Source: Azolla caroliniana | Lineage: Eukaryota; Plantae; Polypodiophyta | Reading direction: 5' to 3' | Length of the DNA stretch: 64,000 bases | Assembly (NCBI GenBank): GCA_043228905.1 | Contig: JBHGNT010000001.1 | Coordinates: forward strand, 4,774,001-4,838,000 | Part shown: positions 62,245 to 64,000 of the stretch, piece by piece | Layout: every line of letters starts with the position of its first letter | How positions within the stretch are numbered: the first letter of the stretch is position 1 | Notes under the pieces: model-generated | Told to the model about the DNA's origin: nothing | Seen by the model: only the letters and a program-made list of their open reading frames with translations | The model's database searches: none | Position numbers and translations under genes: made by a program

Positions 62245-63567
62245 GCATGACTTCTGTGCGCACTCGCAATGGCGAAAACGTGGCACCTCCACCAAATGCA
62301 CGTTAAGAACACCTTTCTTCAAGGCGAATTAGAAGAGGAAGTGTACATGGTACAACCAATTGACTTCGAATTGCGTACTCATCCGAAAGTCGTGTGCTGA
62401 CTCAAGAAGCCACTCTATGTCCTCAGGCAAGCACCACGTGCTTGGCATTCGAAGATTACGCAATATCTTCATCAAAATGGATTTCGAATGTCGAAATCCG
62501 ACAACTCCCTCTACGTATGAAACGACTCTAGAAACTCGATTGTCATCATCTTATACGTGGATGATCTAGTTATTGAAGGTGAGCATTTAGTTGACATCAA
62601 CAAGGTGAGGTCCCTCCTCTCCAACAAATTCAAGATGACAGACATGAAGGAGCTTCATTGCTTCCTAGGCATCATGATATCTCAACGGCATTACATCCTC
62701 AACTTGTTATACATGTTCAGGATGACTGAGTGTAAATCTGTGGCAACCCCTCTCGATCGAAACCTGAAACTAGACGCTGACTCCAGCACAGATGAGTGCG
62801 AGCCGACTCAATATCGTGGACTGATCGGGAGCCTCATCTATCTCACAATCACTTGACCCGATCTCAACTATCCGGTTGGCTTCCTTAGCCAATTCATGCA
62901 AACTCCACGAGATATCCATTTCAATTGCGCTAAGCGAGTATTATGATACGTGAGCGATACAATGGATTACGACATTCTCTACGCATCGGCCACACCAATT
63001 ATACTCGAAGGGTACATGGATGCCGACTAGGCCGGCTACAGAGCTGATCGACGATTCACCTCCGGATTTGTCTTCTCGCTCGGTAGCGGAGGAATATCTT
63101 GGAGTAGTAAGAAGCAACCTACCGTCACACTTCCAAGTACGGAGGCCGAATACAGGGGCGCACCCCTAGTTGTATGTGAAGCCTTATGGCTCAAGATGAT
63201 TTTGAAAGATCTGGGTGTTCCCATCAAGGATCTGATTCCCATTTACTACGACAACATGAGCAGTATATATCTGGCTTGGAACCCGGTGTTGCACGCATGC
63301 ACAAAGCATATCGAAGTGCACTACCACTTCATTCAAGAGCATGTTCGGGCTAGAGATGTCGATCTTCTACACATCAACACAAATCTTCAGACAACTGACA
63401 TCTTCACCAAGGCCCTAGGAGCTAACAAGCTTCGGTAATTCACGTCAGACCTTGGATTGACGATGCCTGACTTGCCAAGCTTGAGGGGGAGTACAAGCGA
63501 AAACCAGATACCAGCCGAAGCGGACATCAATCGAAAGGAACCGACCTGAGTTGAGCTTGAAGGGGTG
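62245..63567 (+). mobile_element. Ty1/copia piece 4: RT core, RNase H and PPT
   Basis: [72 protein letters not shown] and [16 protein letters not shown]...DIFTKAL. Polypurine tracts at ~63482 and ~63558. Confidence 0.93.
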
Positions 63568-64000
63568 TGTTGAGAATCAAGCTCAACATAGTGCAATGTG
63601 TGAACACACCTTTTGAGAATCTATGATTACTCAAAGGTCAAGAGGCACACCACTACTCTCTACACATTAACTATGTGTCATAGAATCATATTCTATGACA
63701 CATAACTAATGAGTTACATATTCCCCATGACTATGAGTCTTCACATTCCCCAAGAGAGAGTGGTTGTTGTAGTTAGTTAACTATATATAAAGCAACCTCC
63801 TCATACTTCATATCAAGTTGGTTGTGACTTCTTGTAATGCTACATTTTGTATTTCATATTCTACTTGTGAATATACATCTTCTTCTTCTTCAGTATTCTA
63901 TTTCCATTCTATCTAATCTACCTTGTGTTTTCTCTTCTCTCATATCTTTTCTCTCATACATAAACACATAACACACATCTCTTACTGCTAAACAAGAATT
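63568..64000 (+). repeat. 3' LTR of the copia element (runs off the window)
   Basis: TGTTGAGAATC start directly after the PPT, TATATATAAA at ~63782 and a pyrimidine-rich U5-like tail. Confidence 0.8.

Overview
Eukaryotic land-plant nuclear DNA: GT-AG introns, microsatellites and plant LTR retrotransposons. The TE and intron style suggests a large-genome seed-free plant such as a fern, but that is inference. The first ~30 kb holds four intact spliced genes, whose exons I assembled by hand: an At2g27730-like small mitochondrial membrane protein (-), NDOR1/ATR3 diflavin reductase (+, head-to-head with it), a BAHD acyltransferase (-) and a DUF863 protein (-) with an unusual N-terminal repeat array. 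31-45 kb is AT-rich decayed intergenic DNA with LINE 3' remnants. 45.4-64 kb is a nested retrotransposon pile: a decayed Ty1/copia element carries three related tRNA-Trp-primed Ty3/gypsy-type elements (near-complete A, non-coding tandem B, truncated C), and a copia-type solo LTR sits inside A. Best findings: (1) a complete candidate -1 ribosomal frameshift signal (G_GAU_UUU, 6-nt spacer, H-type pseudoknot) located between protease and RT rather than between gag and protease; (2) a 4.4-kb inversion whose two breakpoints rejoin both a broken gypsy gag and a broken copia RT; (3) a non-autonomous LTR partner family; (4) tandem amplification of the DUF863 N-terminal motif; (5) a putative tRNA-derived SINE core that also appears as a promoter minisatellite.
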